From the IMG/VR virus record IMGVR_UViG_3300031521_000001: a stretch of 64,000 nucleotides of DNA. The stretch is one strand, 5' to 3'. The DNA comes from a virus. The notes beneath the pieces were generated by a model. That model searched no databases and was not told the origin of the DNA. It saw only the letters and a list, made by a program, of their open reading frames with translations. The position numbers and the translations under genes are program-made. Positions 7,736 to 17,166 of this stretch are shown here, piece by piece (within the stretch, counting starts at the first letter, position 1; each line of letters opens with the position of its first letter).

Positions 7736-8605
7736 ATGCAAAGAGTATTAGTAACAGGAGGTTCTGGATTTGTAGGAACTAATCTTATTAAATATTTAAA
7801 TAAAAATTATAAAGGTATTGAAATATCATCATTAGACAATTACTTCACAGGTAAAGAAGAAAATCATGTAGATGATGTTACATATTACAATGGTAATACA
7901 TGGGATGCTCCTGAAATATTAAAAAATAAGAAATTTGATACAGTTTTTCATTTTGGAGAATACTCTAGAATTGTAAAATCATTTGATGATATTAAATATG
8001 TCGAAAAAACAATTTTATATGGCACACCAATAATAATGGAATTGTGTAGAGAATGGAATGCAAAATTAATATATTCTGCTTCATCTTCTAAATTTGGAAA
8101 TAATGGTGAAAATGAAAATTTAGCTCCTTATTCATGGATGAAAGCAAAGATTGTTGAACTTATAAAAAATTACAATAAATGGTATAATTTACAATATGAA
8201 ATTTGCTATTTTTTTAACGTGTATGGTGAAGGTCAAATAATGACAGGAGATTATGCTACTGTAATAGGCATATTTGAGCATCAATACTCAGAAGGTAACA
8301 AATGTACAGTTGTTGAGCCAGGTACTCAGAGCAGAGACTTTACCCACATTGAGGACATTGTTAGAGGTGTAGTATTATCATCTTTTACAAATATGAATCA
8401 TGAATGGTATTTACGTTCTGGAATAAATACTAGCATTATAGATGTTGCTAAAATGTTTGGAGAATTTGAATTTGTGTCTAAAAGAAGAGGAGAAAGATAT
8501 AATTCAGAAGAATTTGAAACTGATACAGAAAGAGAATTAAATTGGGTACCAGAACACAAATTAGATGATTGGATTAAATCAATAAAAAACAAAAAGAGAG
8601 ATTAA
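7736..8605 (+). CDS. NAD-dependent epimerase/dehydratase (extended short-chain dehydrogenase family; UDP-sugar epimerase or decarboxylase-like)
   Basis: N-terminal Rossmann fold VLVTGGSGFVGTNL; catalytic YxxxK (YSWMK). Confidence 0.85.
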   Translation: MQRVLVTGGSGFVGTNLIKYLNKNYKGIEISSLDNYFTGKEENHVDDVTYYNGNTWDAPEILKNKKFDTVFHFGEYSRIVKSFDDIKYVEKTILYGTPIIMELCREWNAKLIYSASSSKFGNNGENENLAPYSWMKAKIVELIKNYNKWYNLQYEICYFFNVYGEGQIMTGDYATVIGIFEHQYSEGNKCTVVEPGTQSRDFTHIEDIVRGVVLSSFTNMNHEWYLRSGINTSIIDVAKMFGEFEFVSKRRGERYNSEEFETDTERELNWVPEHKLDDWIKSIKNKKRD

Positions 8606-8614
8606 AAATCTCTC
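8596..8614. terminator. hairpin gagagatt-aaa-aatctctc overlapping the stop of the epimerase gene
   Basis: 8-bp stem, A/T flanks, convergent gene junction. Confidence 0.5.
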
Positions 8615-8620
8615 ATTTTT

Positions 8621-8842
8621 TTATAATGCTCCTGATGTCCTCATATCATCTTCTAATTTTAAAACTCTTTCTTCAAGAGCTTCTTTTTTATCTTTCCACA
8701 TGTAAGCTACGTTATTGTAGAATTCTAACCTCCATAATCTATTTGAATATTTCCATTCTGAATGACGTTTTAATCTGTCAATTAATGAATAATATTCAGG
8801 ACTATAAGTTTGTGAGACGTTTTGAGTTGAGTCGTTTCTCAT
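8621..8842 (-). CDS. hypothetical small charged protein
   Basis: ORF in tandem minus-strand series; preferred over the overlapping plus ORF 8626..8844 (hydrophobic, low complexity). Confidence 0.5.
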   Translation of the reverse strand: MRNDSTQNVSQTYSPEYYSLIDRLKRHSEWKYSNRLWRLEFYNNVAYMWKDKKEALEERVLKLEDDMRTSGAL

Positions 8843-8847
8843 GATTA

Positions 8848-9153
8848 TTATTTAGTTACTCTTACAATAGTAAATTTTTCAGAAAAATCACCATTATCAT
8901 GCTTTGTTTTTTCAACTTGAAATTCTCCTTTATTTAAAGAATTTAAGTATTTAGAAAAATTTGATTCTTCTCCTTTTGAATTTTTTCCTGAATAACCTAT
9001 ACAGTTAAATTCTTTTATTTCTTCTTCTGTGAGAAAATTTAATTTATCATAAAAAGATGATAAATATCCACTATTTGTTACTATGTTATGAATTTCTATA
9101 GCCATAATATTAATTAATTTCACATATTTGTAATTCTGAATTAACTTTTTCAA
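8848..9153 (-). CDS. hypothetical protein (start may be the internal Met, giving 8848..9105)
   Basis: ORF; a 44-nt overlap with the upstream gene is removed if the internal start is used. Confidence 0.6.
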   Translation of the reverse strand: MKKLIQNYKYVKLINIMAIEIHNIVTNSGYLSSFYDKLNFLTEEEIKEFNCIGYSGKNSKGEESNFSKYLNSLNKGEFQVEKTKHDNGDFSEKFTIVRVTK

Positions 9154-9496
9154 CGAAAATTAATATTTTTTCTACAACTTTTTCTATTGATTTGACTGTA
9201 CATTTTCTGAATTTAGAATTTAATCTATCTCTACTTGATGAATTTTTTTGATGTAAAGAACATTCAAATACTTCTACTTCACCAGATTGTTCAATACAAA
9301 ATCTCAAATAGTTTGAATTTTGAATATAGCCATAATGCCAATTTTCTTTTTTATCAAAAGATAAAGTCAACATAATAGTATCTTTACCAATGCTAGCCTT
9401 TGATACATCAAGATACTCTACTTTGCCAGTTAGTTCATTACGTAAAAATTCAATTGCATCTACTCTTAATAAATTTTCAATATTGAAGATTCTCAT
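9110..9496 (-). CDS. hypothetical protein
   Basis: 128-aa ORF. Confidence 0.65.
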   Translation of the reverse strand: MRIFNIENLLRVDAIEFLRNELTGKVEYLDVSKASIGKDTIMLTLSFDKKENWHYGYIQNSNYLRFCIEQSGEVEVFECSLHQKNSSSRDRLNSKFRKCTVKSIEKVVEKILIFVEKVNSELQICEIN

Positions 9497-9590
9497 ATAT
9501 TTATAACTTTAAATGATTAATTTATAATACAAAAGTACAAATAATTAGTCACATATGGAAAAAACATAAAAAGTTTTAATATTTTTTATA

Positions 9591-9917
9591 CTATTCTTCT
9601 ATTATATTACCTAATTTATCTAACTTAGTCTTTCTTACATACTGAACACATTCATCATAATATTTTTTACAATCTCTATTATAAAAAGTTTCTACATTCT
9701 GCCGTCCTTTCTCATTTGCTTCTTTAACAACATCTTTTAAGCATTCTTCACAACAGTATGACCACAATGTACTCATTCTAGTATCATCACCAAGAAAAAC
9801 TGAAAATTCTTGTTTATGAGTTTTGCAGTTGTTACATAATATTGAACTTGTTCCTGAATATCCTACTATAACATGACTAAATAGTTTATAATATTCATTT
9901 TTATCTGGTTTTTTCAT
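9591..9917 (-). CDS. Cys-rich hypothetical protein; start proposed at MKKPDKN (9917) rather than the track start 9974
   Basis: the ATG at 9915-9917 lies 1 nt after the upstream gene's stop; CxxC...CC..C pattern. Confidence 0.6.
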   Translation of the reverse strand: MKKPDKNEYYKLFSHVIVGYSGTSSILCNNCKTHKQEFSVFLGDDTRMSTLWSYCCEECLKDVVKEANEKGRQNVETFYNRDCKKYYDECVQYVRKTKLDKLGNIIEE

Positions 9918-9918
9918 A

Positions 9919-10335
9919 TTATAATATAAATCCAAATTTGATACCAATTCCTGTGCTATTAGTATAAAATACACTAGTAATCAATGTATTTTCATAAATA
10001 TATCCTATCTCTGCTCCTCCACTAAATAATTGTTTATTACTTACTAATTTAATATCATTTTGAGGTGTTGCACACATACCAGCTAACCCCATAATATAAA
10101 AATTAGAATCAAAAACATAACCTATTCCATAATTAAAATAATCTGGTAGTCTATCATCAACTGGTAATGATATGCTTAAACATTGATAAATTGATTTTTC
10201 AGAAATATATCCAAAATCTACACCAACTGATTTGCTAGAGTATGATAATTTTGTGATTAACTTAGTCTGATCATTTTGTGAAAACATTGAAATTGATATA
10301 AATAACAATACAATGATTAATTTAAAGTTTTTCAT
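9919..10335 (-). CDS. secreted small outer-membrane beta-barrel protein (OmpX/Ail/Lom-like)
   Basis: N-terminal signal peptide MKNFKLIIVLLFISISMFSQ; alternating hydrophobic strands; C-terminal ...GIGIKFGFIL ends in an aromatic/hydrophobic residue, typical of OMP barrels. Confidence 0.6.
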   Translation of the reverse strand: MKNFKLIIVLLFISISMFSQNDQTKLITKLSYSSKSVGVDFGYISEKSIYQCLSISLPVDDRLPDYFNYGIGYVFDSNFYIMGLAGMCATPQNDIKLVSNKQLFSGGAEIGYIYENTLITSVFYTNSTGIGIKFGFIL

Positions 10336-10628
10336 AATTTATTTAATTTATTTAATTTTTTCCTTCTCAAAAATTGCTCAATTTTCATATCAAGAAGTTG
10401 TTTACTAACAAAATAACTACCTCTTCCTGCGGTATAATCACACTGATCAAGCCATAATTCAAATGATATTCCGTCATCTTCAATATTTTCATGAATAATA
10501 CTAGAATATTTTCCAAATTGACCAGATTTATTTAAAATTTCAGTAGCCAATTCTAAATATTGTTCTGTAATAGAATCAGCTTTAATTATTAATTTTGATC
10601 TTTTTTCAAATGTTTCGTCGTAGTTCAT
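10332..10628 (-). CDS. hypothetical protein with RK-KL tail (FLRRKKLNKLNKL)
   Basis: ORF; C-terminal tail motif. Confidence 0.65.
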   Translation of the reverse strand: MNYDETFEKRSKLIIKADSITEQYLELATEILNKSGQFGKYSSIIHENIEDDGISFELWLDQCDYTAGRGSYFVSKQLLDMKIEQFLRRKKLNKLNKL

Positions 10629-10960
10629 TGAATTTCATCTTTTAACCAATTTAAAAAATCTTCTTCATTTGAAAAAGACAAAATAGAATCTTCATCATAT
10701 GGAAATTCACACATAACACTTGAACCAGATGTATTTTTTTCTATTTTTATATTATCTGATGTGAAAATAATTTTGACTTGAGTAGTTTCTCCTTCTTCAT
10801 AATCAGTCCAACCATAAGTTGCTTCAATAATATTATCAAAAGTTACATCATAATCTAATATTGGTCCAGTTTCACTACCATTACTATAATGTTCAGAATT
10901 TATTTTTTCTTCTTTATCAAATAAAGCAATAGCATTTAACATTACATCTGTTACATTCAT
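10625..10960 (-). CDS. hypothetical acidic protein
   Basis: ORF; first gene after a divergent region 10961-11053. Confidence 0.65.
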   Translation of the reverse strand: MNVTDVMLNAIALFDKEEKINSEHYSNGSETGPILDYDVTFDNIIEATYGWTDYEEGETTQVKIIFTSDNIKIEKNTSGSSVMCEFPYDEDSILSFSNEEDFLNWLKDEIQ

Positions 10961-11053
10961 AATATTTATATTATTAGAGATTATTAGAATGCAAAGATAC
11001 TAAATATAATTCGAATAAAAAAATATTATTTGTTTTTTTAAATTTTATTTTTA

Positions 11054-11431
11054 ATGATTATATTTAATATATATAGTCATATGAAATACTTAAAAACATT
11101 TGAATCATTATTATATAGTGATTATAAGGCTGGAGATTACGTACTACTTGATTTAATTAAAATAAAATCTAATAACAAAGATAATGATTATGAAATGGAT
11201 GAAGTTGATGAATATGGCAATTCTATACCAATTGATGAATTTGCATTAATAAAGGATAAGACTGTTGAATTAAATAATGGACTTTATTTATATAGTGTAA
11301 CTTTTTATAATTATAATAATGAAAAAAATGATTCTTATGGTGTTGAGTCAGATGAAATAATAAGAAAGCTAAATACAAATGAGATAGAAGAGTTCAACAG
11401 AAAAAAAGAAGCATTGAAATACAACATATGA
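11054..11431 (+). CDS. family A protein (MKYLKTFE...GDYVL...ALKYNI)
   Basis: array III. Confidence 0.75.
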   Translation: MIIFNIYSHMKYLKTFESLLYSDYKAGDYVLLDLIKIKSNNKDNDYEMDEVDEYGNSIPIDEFALIKDKTVELNNGLYLYSVTFYNYNNEKNDSYGVESDEIIRKLNTNEIEEFNRKKEALKYNI

Positions 11432-11862
11432 AATATTTAAAAAAATTTGAAAATAGATTAACTAACGTATTTAAATCTAAAGATGTAGATATGTGGGATG
11501 AATATATAGAAACTGAGTTAGAAACCGAATATGGATATAATAAACTCATTGGGGCTGTACATGCTGGAAATCTTAAAAGATTTGAATATTTATTACCAAT
11601 ATATAAAAATAAAATAAATAATATTTATGATGGAAAGAATGTATTAATTGAGGTTATAATACGAGATATTGATTTATATGAAAAAAAGAAAATGATTGAA
11701 TTATTATTGGATAATGGAGTTAATTATAAGCTCGAGTTTGGAGGTGATACATTTTATGATTTGATTACTAATGATAAATTAAAAAAATGGTTTGACGATA
11801 AATATCCAGATATAGTAAAAGAGCTTAATTTATATAAAAATACAAATAAATATAATTTATGA
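11428..11862 (+). CDS. family A frame carrying an ankyrin-like repeat core (MKYLKKFE...NKYNL)
   Basis: LIGAVHAGNLKRFEYLL...LLLDNGVNYK ankyrin-like repeats. Confidence 0.75.
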   Translation: MKYLKKFENRLTNVFKSKDVDMWDEYIETELETEYGYNKLIGAVHAGNLKRFEYLLPIYKNKINNIYDGKNVLIEVIIRDIDLYEKKKMIELLLDNGVNYKLEFGGDTFYDLITNDKLKKWFDDKYPDIVKELNLYKNTNKYNL

Positions 11863-12173
11863 AATATATAAAAACATTTGAAAAATTAGATAGAAAAATA
11901 AAAAAAGGAGATTATGCTATAATCGATTTTAAAACAACTAATCCTGGAGTTACAGAATTTTTTCAAAATAATATTAGTAAAATTATCGAAGTAAGAGGAA
12001 TATGGATTAAATTTGGTTATAAATATGTACCAGAAGAAATCAAGGAATATTTTTATAAATCTAGAGTATATTATATATATCAAATAGAGTTAAACTTAGA
12101 AGATGTTTACTCTTATGCTATCTCAAAAGAAAAATTAGAATTAGAATTATCAACAAAAAAATTCAACATATGA
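11859..12173 (+). CDS. family A small protein (MKYIKTFE...GDYAI...KKFNI)
   Basis: array III. Confidence 0.75.
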   Translation: MKYIKTFEKLDRKIKKGDYAIIDFKTTNPGVTEFFQNNISKIIEVRGIWIKFGYKYVPEEIKEYFYKSRVYYIYQIELNLEDVYSYAISKEKLELELSTKKFNI

Positions 12174-12748
12174 AATATATAAAAACATTTGAATTATCAA
12201 CTTTTTATGATGAAAAAGATATATTTTGGTATATCCATAATATTAATTTACCTAAAATTAAAGAATTAGTATCTGAAATACCTAATATTAATCTTAATAT
12301 TAAAGATAGTACTGGTGAAACACCTTTGCTTCAGTCAGTTAGGTTTAGTTTATATAACGTGTTTAAATTTTTGATAGAATCAGGAGCAGATGTAAATTGT
12401 ACATGTACTAATGGAGTCACTCCATTGATGATAGCAGCAAGAAATAAAAAAGAAGAATTTGTTCAAGATTTAATAGATGCTCACGCAGATTTGAATATTA
12501 AAAATGATGACGGCGAAACTGCATTAATTATGATTTCTAGCTACACAGATAAAAAGGCTTTTAAAATAATTGAAAACTTAATTGAAAGTGGTGCAGATTG
12601 GAATATATCTGATAATTATAATAATACTTTTTTGATGCATTTACAACCTGCATATATGAAAAAAATAATAGAAAAATATCCAGATAAATATGAAGAATTT
12701 ATTAAAGAATATAATTTTAAAAATGATATAAAAAAATTCAATTTATGA
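12170..12748 (+). CDS. ankyrin-repeat protein in family A frame (MKYIKTFE...KKFNL)
   Basis: 3-4 ankyrin repeats (TGETPLLQSV..., NGVTPLMIAARNKKEEFVQDLIDAHADLN, DGETALIMIS...). Confidence 0.8.
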   Translation: MKYIKTFELSTFYDEKDIFWYIHNINLPKIKELVSEIPNINLNIKDSTGETPLLQSVRFSLYNVFKFLIESGADVNCTCTNGVTPLMIAARNKKEEFVQDLIDAHADLNIKNDDGETALIMISSYTDKKAFKIIENLIESGADWNISDNYNNTFLMHLQPAYMKKIIEKYPDKYEEFIKEYNFKNDIKKFNL

Positions 12749-13146
12749 AATATATAAAAAAATTTGAAAGTGAAATATCAGATGATGAGAAAGCTATTTT
12801 GGATAGTCAAAAAGCGGAAGATAATTATCTTAGACAAAGATATAAAGATATGAAGAAATATTTATTTTTTAAAGATAGAACGGGTAATATAGATAATGGA
12901 ACATATTTTATATTAGAAAAAGATAGAATGGAAGCAGTATATGATCACACTAACCTTTTTATTGTGACTAACAAATTATATACATATAATTTGAACACAG
13001 ATAAATTGAAAAATGAAAAAAGAAAAGATAAGCATTACAATTTAAATAAATATAAACTTGGTTATATAATGACAGATTCAGATAATTTACAGGATTTATT
13101 AGATTATATACCTGCTCTAAAACACACAAATAAATTTAATCTATGA
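12745..13146 (+). CDS. family A protein with unrelated core (MKYIKKFE...TNKFNL)
   Basis: array III. Confidence 0.75.
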   Translation: MKYIKKFESEISDDEKAILDSQKAEDNYLRQRYKDMKKYLFFKDRTGNIDNGTYFILEKDRMEAVYDHTNLFIVTNKLYTYNLNTDKLKNEKRKDKHYNLNKYKLGYIMTDSDNLQDLLDYIPALKHTNKFNL

Positions 13147-13616
13147 AACACATTAAAACGTTTGAAAATGCATTCACTGACATATTTAAAAAAAGGAAGA
13201 AATTACCTCACGAAGTTATTAATTTTGGTGATGTATTAACTAAATTTATAGAGAAAAATATTGATATGGAATGGGATGTTTATTCAAATACATATGAAAG
13301 TAGTAATAAAAAATATTATGATGTTGTAAGAATTTTTATTGACCCACATGATATAGATGATGCTGCTGAAGTTTTGGAATTGCATTATAATTATGATAGA
13401 AATTCTATTTTATATTGTTACCATCCAATAATGAATTTTATGGAAGATATTAAAGACTATTTAGGAAATATTGTAAAGAATAGTTCTATTGAAGATGTTT
13501 CATCTGCTGGAGATAATAGATATTGGATACCACTAGATAAATTACCTGAAATAATAAATAAAATAAATAGCTCTGATTTTGATTATTATAAGTCGACAAA
13601 AAAATTTAACATATGA
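13143..13616 (+). CDS. family A protein with unrelated core (MKHIKTFE...TKKFNI)
   Basis: array III. Confidence 0.75.
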   Translation: MKHIKTFENAFTDIFKKRKKLPHEVINFGDVLTKFIEKNIDMEWDVYSNTYESSNKKYYDVVRIFIDPHDIDDAAEVLELHYNYDRNSILYCYHPIMNFMEDIKDYLGNIVKNSSIEDVSSAGDNRYWIPLDKLPEIINKINSSDFDYYKSTKKFNI

Positions 13617-13990
13617 AATATATAAAAAAATTTGAACGTAAAAAGAATGAATTTTATACAATTAAAAATGAATTAATTAATGCTGTATATCATGGTAATT
13701 ATTCTAAAACTAAAAAATTATTAGATTCTGGCTTTGATGTTAATAGTAATATAGATGGAAGAAATTCTGCATTATTATATGCTTCTTATAAAGGAGAATG
13801 GAATATTTTATTTCTAATATTAAAATATAATCCTGATTGGTACATAAAAGATATTTCAAAATATGATTTTATTGACTATATAAATGATCATATAGATGGA
13901 GATAAAGTAATAGAAAAAATAACAAAAAAATATCCTGTTAAATACAATGAGTATTTAATGATAAAAAAATCAGAAAAATTTAATTTATAA
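13613..13990 (+). CDS. ankyrin-repeat protein in family A frame (MKYIKKFE...SEKFNL)
   Basis: ankyrin repeats (LINAVYHGNYSKTKKLLDSGFDVNSNIDGRNSALLYAS...). Confidence 0.75.
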   Translation: MKYIKKFERKKNEFYTIKNELINAVYHGNYSKTKKLLDSGFDVNSNIDGRNSALLYASYKGEWNILFLILKYNPDWYIKDISKYDFIDYINDHIDGDKVIEKITKKYPVKYNEYLMIKKSEKFNL

Positions 13991-13992
13991 AT

Positions 13993-14298
13993 ATGAAAGT
14001 AGAAAAATTTAATGAGCATAATTTTACAACATTTGATGATGATATTGTATATGCAGGTAAATCTAAATACCCAGTAGGCACCAAAATTAAATTTAAAGAT
14101 GATGGTGAGTATTTAACTGGTACTTTGACACATCCATTTGGTTATGGTGATGTTGGTGTATTCTTAGATGAAAAAGGTAAATATAAATATGATAGGGTAT
14201 CACTAAAAAACAATGAATATACAGTAATTGATGATGATGTTGATAAATTCATTAAAGATCACAATTTCAAAAAAGATATAAAAAAATTCAATTTATAA
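13993..14298 (+). CDS. family A-related small protein (atypical N-term MKVEKFNE; C-term IKKFNL)
   Basis: last gene of array III. Confidence 0.7.
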   Translation: MKVEKFNEHNFTTFDDDIVYAGKSKYPVGTKIKFKDDGEYLTGTLTHPFGYGDVGVFLDEKGKYKYDRVSLKNNEYTVIDDDVDKFIKDHNFKKDIKKFNL

Positions 14299-14344
14299 GT
14301 GAAATAGCTTATAACTTATGTTTATAAGTGAAATAGCTTATAAC
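14295..14344. repeat. 21-bp direct repeat ataagtgaaatagcttataac, 2 copies (14295-14315 and 14324-14344), overlapping the stop of the upstream gene
   Basis: exact duplication 29 bp apart. Confidence 0.8.
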
Positions 14345-14345
14345 G

Positions 14346-14385
14346 AAAAAATCCTATCTAATTTTTCAATTAGATAGGATTTTTT
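14346..14385. terminator. 18-bp-stem hairpin aaaaaatcctatctaatt-tttc-aattagataggatttttt
   Basis: perfect inverted repeat with A/T runs. Confidence 0.7.
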
Positions 14386-14682
14386 TTAATATTGCTTGAG
14401 AATACAGCATTATAGAGAAGAACTTTAGAAACTATTATTTTTTTCTCACTAACATTTGAATTAGTATTCTTCTAATACAATCTAAGAAATAATTAAACTT
14501 CTTTTGTTGTTAGATAGTTCGGTAAAATGATAAAAAATAATTAAATTCATTAAATTTTAATTAATATTTTACTTTTTTTTCTTCATTCATAGAGGATCTA
14601 ATGGATTTACTCTCCTGAAGCGTTAATTTGGGTGAACTCAACCCTATTTTAATATTTTTTTATTAAAAATAAATAAATGAAA
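14386..14682. ncRNA. about 300-nt ORF-free segment bracketed by two strong hairpin terminators; candidate small-RNA gene (strand unknown)
   Basis: delimited by hairpins at 14346-14385 and 14683-14719; contains GC-richer segments (ggatctaatggatttactctcctgaagcg, gggtgaactcaaccc). Confidence 0.3.
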
Positions 14683-14719
14683 AAAAACACTACTTAATAT
14701 TGAATTAAGTAGTGTTTTT
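14683..14719. terminator. hairpin aaaaacactacttaat-attg-aattaagtagtgttttt
   Basis: about 13-bp stem with A/T-run flanks. Confidence 0.6.
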
Positions 14720-16039
14720 ATTTGTAATAGGCTGAGAAATATACCTTATACAGAAGAATCTTAAAAAGTTATTATTGTTTCTACTTTCTTTCCACTAATA
14801 TTGGTTTCCCTAACATTAGTAATTCTCAATGACAGTCAATTAGATTAACTAATCCTTTTGTTGTTAATTACTCTCTCAGTACTTATTACCTATCTAGGTT
14901 GCCACCCAAACTCAATCTTGCTACAGATTTAAGGAATTTTTCTGAAAATCATGTCAAACTTGGGGTTCTTCACGGCTACGACGATTTTCATCTCATAACT
15001 AGTAGTCACCTTTCATCAACAACAGTCGAACACTTTTCCTTTATTTGTTTTATTTTAATTGTGCATTAAATTTGCAATTTAAAGTTTGTTTTGTGGATAA
15101 TGAAAGTAGTGGTTCGACAACCAGCGTCTCCATCTTTTGAACGGAAATATACTAAACTACTCTCTGAGATATCCCTATCTCCATATTTTAAGTCAACTAA
15201 GATACTCTCATAGCACTTGGTAATGCTAAGGTAACCTTAATAACAGCACCACCTGTACATTGTATTACAATCTAATATTACCTTTCGGTTTTAAGCTAAC
15301 TCTCATAATGGACAACGCAATTATACAACTGGAAATCGTATTTCTTGCAATAATCCTTCAGGTTATTCTTATTGATGTTCCCATCTCACTTAGACTACCC
15401 ACATAGCCTTTGCATTAAACCACTTTCTCTACAGTGTTACCCTCGATAATTAAGGTTTAATGATATCCTGATTGTCTGCTCAAACACTAAATAATGTATT
15501 AATAACAAATTAACTAACTATTAACTATTCATATTAATGAGTATGTGAAGAATCTTACCGAAGCAAAATCAATTACACACAAAAAAATGTGTCAAATTAA
15601 TAATTGTTGTATCTGTTGATTAATAAATAATTTAATGTCGCAAATATATAGAAACAACTACATATTCACTTTATCCTACTTTCGTAGTTTATTTAATGAC
15701 TACAGACAGCCAAATATTTTCAATTTTTACAAAGAACGCTTTTAATAAAAAACAAACATTTAGATTGTAGTAAAAATTTATACTATCACTTCTTAACTAA
15801 AAGAAGTTAGTTCTAATAAAAGGAATTAACCTTTTAAACTTGTAAATTAACCATTTTCATAGTTATATATACTAATCAATCTAAATGTGTTGTTTCTTGT
15901 TGTTTCAAGTACGTTTACTTGAAAAATGACACAAATCTATTTCAGTCCATTTTTTTCTTTTCAGAACTTTTTTCAGTGGAACAATAAACATTTGGTATGT
16001 TCATTATATTTACTGTTATAATATAAATCCTTAAATTTG
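14720..16039. other. unique ORF-free, GC-richer (pyrimidine-rich on the plus strand) noncoding segment of the 3.8-kb island
   Basis: no ORF of 60 aa or more on either strand; composition differs from coding flanks. Confidence 0.5.
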
Positions 16040-16607
16040 TATTACATTTGCAACATTTACTTCTGTAATATTAATCGTACACTTTTGCAAGCTTCAAGTT
16101 GGCTTTTGCCTTTGATTATTTTTATTACTTTTTCAATTTCATTAATATCTAAGTGTGTTTAGTTGCACTATCTCCTTTTGCAAGCTTCAAGGTGGTTTCT
16201 GTACCATTAGATTTTTCATTGCTTTTACTATCTAAGTGTGTTTAATTGCACTATCTCCTTTTGCAAGCTTCAAGGTGGTTTCTATACCATTAGATTTTCA
16301 GTTTCATTTACAATTTAGTTTATTTCTACATGTGTTCATTTATAGTTATACACCTATTGCAAGCTTCAAGGTGATTTCTGTATCAACATTTTTCATTGTA
16401 TTTGAAATATATAAGTGTGTTCATTTGCACTATCTCCTTTTGCAAGCTTCAAGGTGGTTTCTATACCATTATATTTCTCATTGTATAAGCAAGATAATTA
16501 ATATGTAAGTGTGTTCATTTGCACTATCTCCTTTTGCAAGCTTCAAGGTGGTATTTTATACCATTACATTTTTCATTGCTTCAATCTGAAATTTGATTTG
16601 TTTCATT
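16040..16607. repeat. tandem minisatellite RA, 83-95 bp units, about 6 copies (about 16040 degenerate, 16148, 16231, 16326 degenerate, 16411, 16504); core ctaagtgtgttcatttgcactatctccttttgcaagcttcaaggtggtttctataccattagattttt
   Basis: head-to-tail near-identical units read directly from the sequence. Confidence 0.85.
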
Positions 16608-16608
16608 A

Positions 16609-16693
16609 TTGTAGTTCAAAATTACAAAAAGTTTTTTGTTTTACCAAATATTTAATGTTAAAGTTTTGAACTTTTTCAAGTACTCTTACTTGA
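16609..16693. repeat. RB element copy 1 (about 85 bp, MITE-like): TIR agttcaaaa...ttttgaact, terminal hairpin tcaagtac-tct-tacttga
   Basis: repeated at least 6 times in the island. Confidence 0.8.
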
Positions 16694-16815
16694 ATGAGTA
16701 TTAAAAAACCAAGTCATTTATAAGTTCTGTTAGCTTCTCAGCTTAGAAAAATAAACTTTCATTTGTCATATTTATTCTTGTAACTTTACAAATCTGCGAA
16801 ATGTATTATTATCAA

Positions 16816-16885
16816 TCTAAGTGTGTTCATTTGCACTATCTCCTTTTGCAAGCTTCAAGGTGGTATTTTATACCATTAGATTATC
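16816..16885. repeat. RA unit, isolated copy 6
   Basis: near-identical to the 16504 unit. Confidence 0.8.
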
Positions 16886-16915
16886 TATTAAATCTGATAT
16901 ATGTTTTGCTTTTTT

Positions 16916-17003
16916 ATTGTAGTTCAAAATTACAAAAAGTTTTTTGTTTTACCAAATATTTAATGTTAAAGTTTGAACTATTTTTTCAAGTACTCCTACT
17001 TGT
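16916..17003. repeat. RB element copy 2
   Basis: same sequence, including the caagtactcctacttg hairpin. Confidence 0.8.
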
Positions 17004-17083
17004 TTTTGTTATGAATAATAATCAAGGAACTTACTTCTTCTGACAAGTCAGTGTTTCAGTGTTAAAATTAATATTCATAGTGA

Positions 17084-17166
17084 AGATAGATGGAGTTGAA
17101 CCCAGTGTCAGTAACACTTGCCTTCTGCACAATTCGAATCGTGCTGCACCCTGTGTGCTTATCTTC
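17084..17166. ncRNA. GC-rich structured element flanked by a 7-bp inverted repeat (gaagata...tatcttc), with internal stem gcac-aattcgaatc-gtgc
   Basis: local GC-rich island in an AT-rich noncoding region; contains a T-arm-like ggagttgaacc but no complete tRNA cloverleaf. Confidence 0.3.

Noticed and set aside
6550-8592. Antisense ORFs 6550..6750(-), 7344..7706(-), 8398..8592(-)
   Set aside because: Each is antisense to a gene with clear enzyme motifs (PARG-like, HDIG, epimerase). The translations are hydrophobic and low-complexity with no start context. 7344..7706 also spans the 7663-7690 terminator hairpin.
8626-8844. Plus-strand ORF 8626..8844
   Set aside because: It overlaps the minus ORF 8621..8842 completely. 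The plus translation is Leu/Ile/Ser-rich low complexity. The minus ORF continues the tandem minus-strand gene series and has a charged, protein-like composition.
11886-12083. Minus ORF 11886..12083
   Set aside because: Antisense to family A gene 11859..12173. The Ile/Phe/Tyr-rich translation is typical of an AT-rich antisense frame.
14720-16039. A large frameshifted pseudogene or rRNA-like gene in the unique part of the island
   Set aside because: Spot translations of both strands give stop-dense, non-protein-like peptides and no recognisable rRNA or tmRNA motifs. Kept as uncharacterised noncoding sequence.
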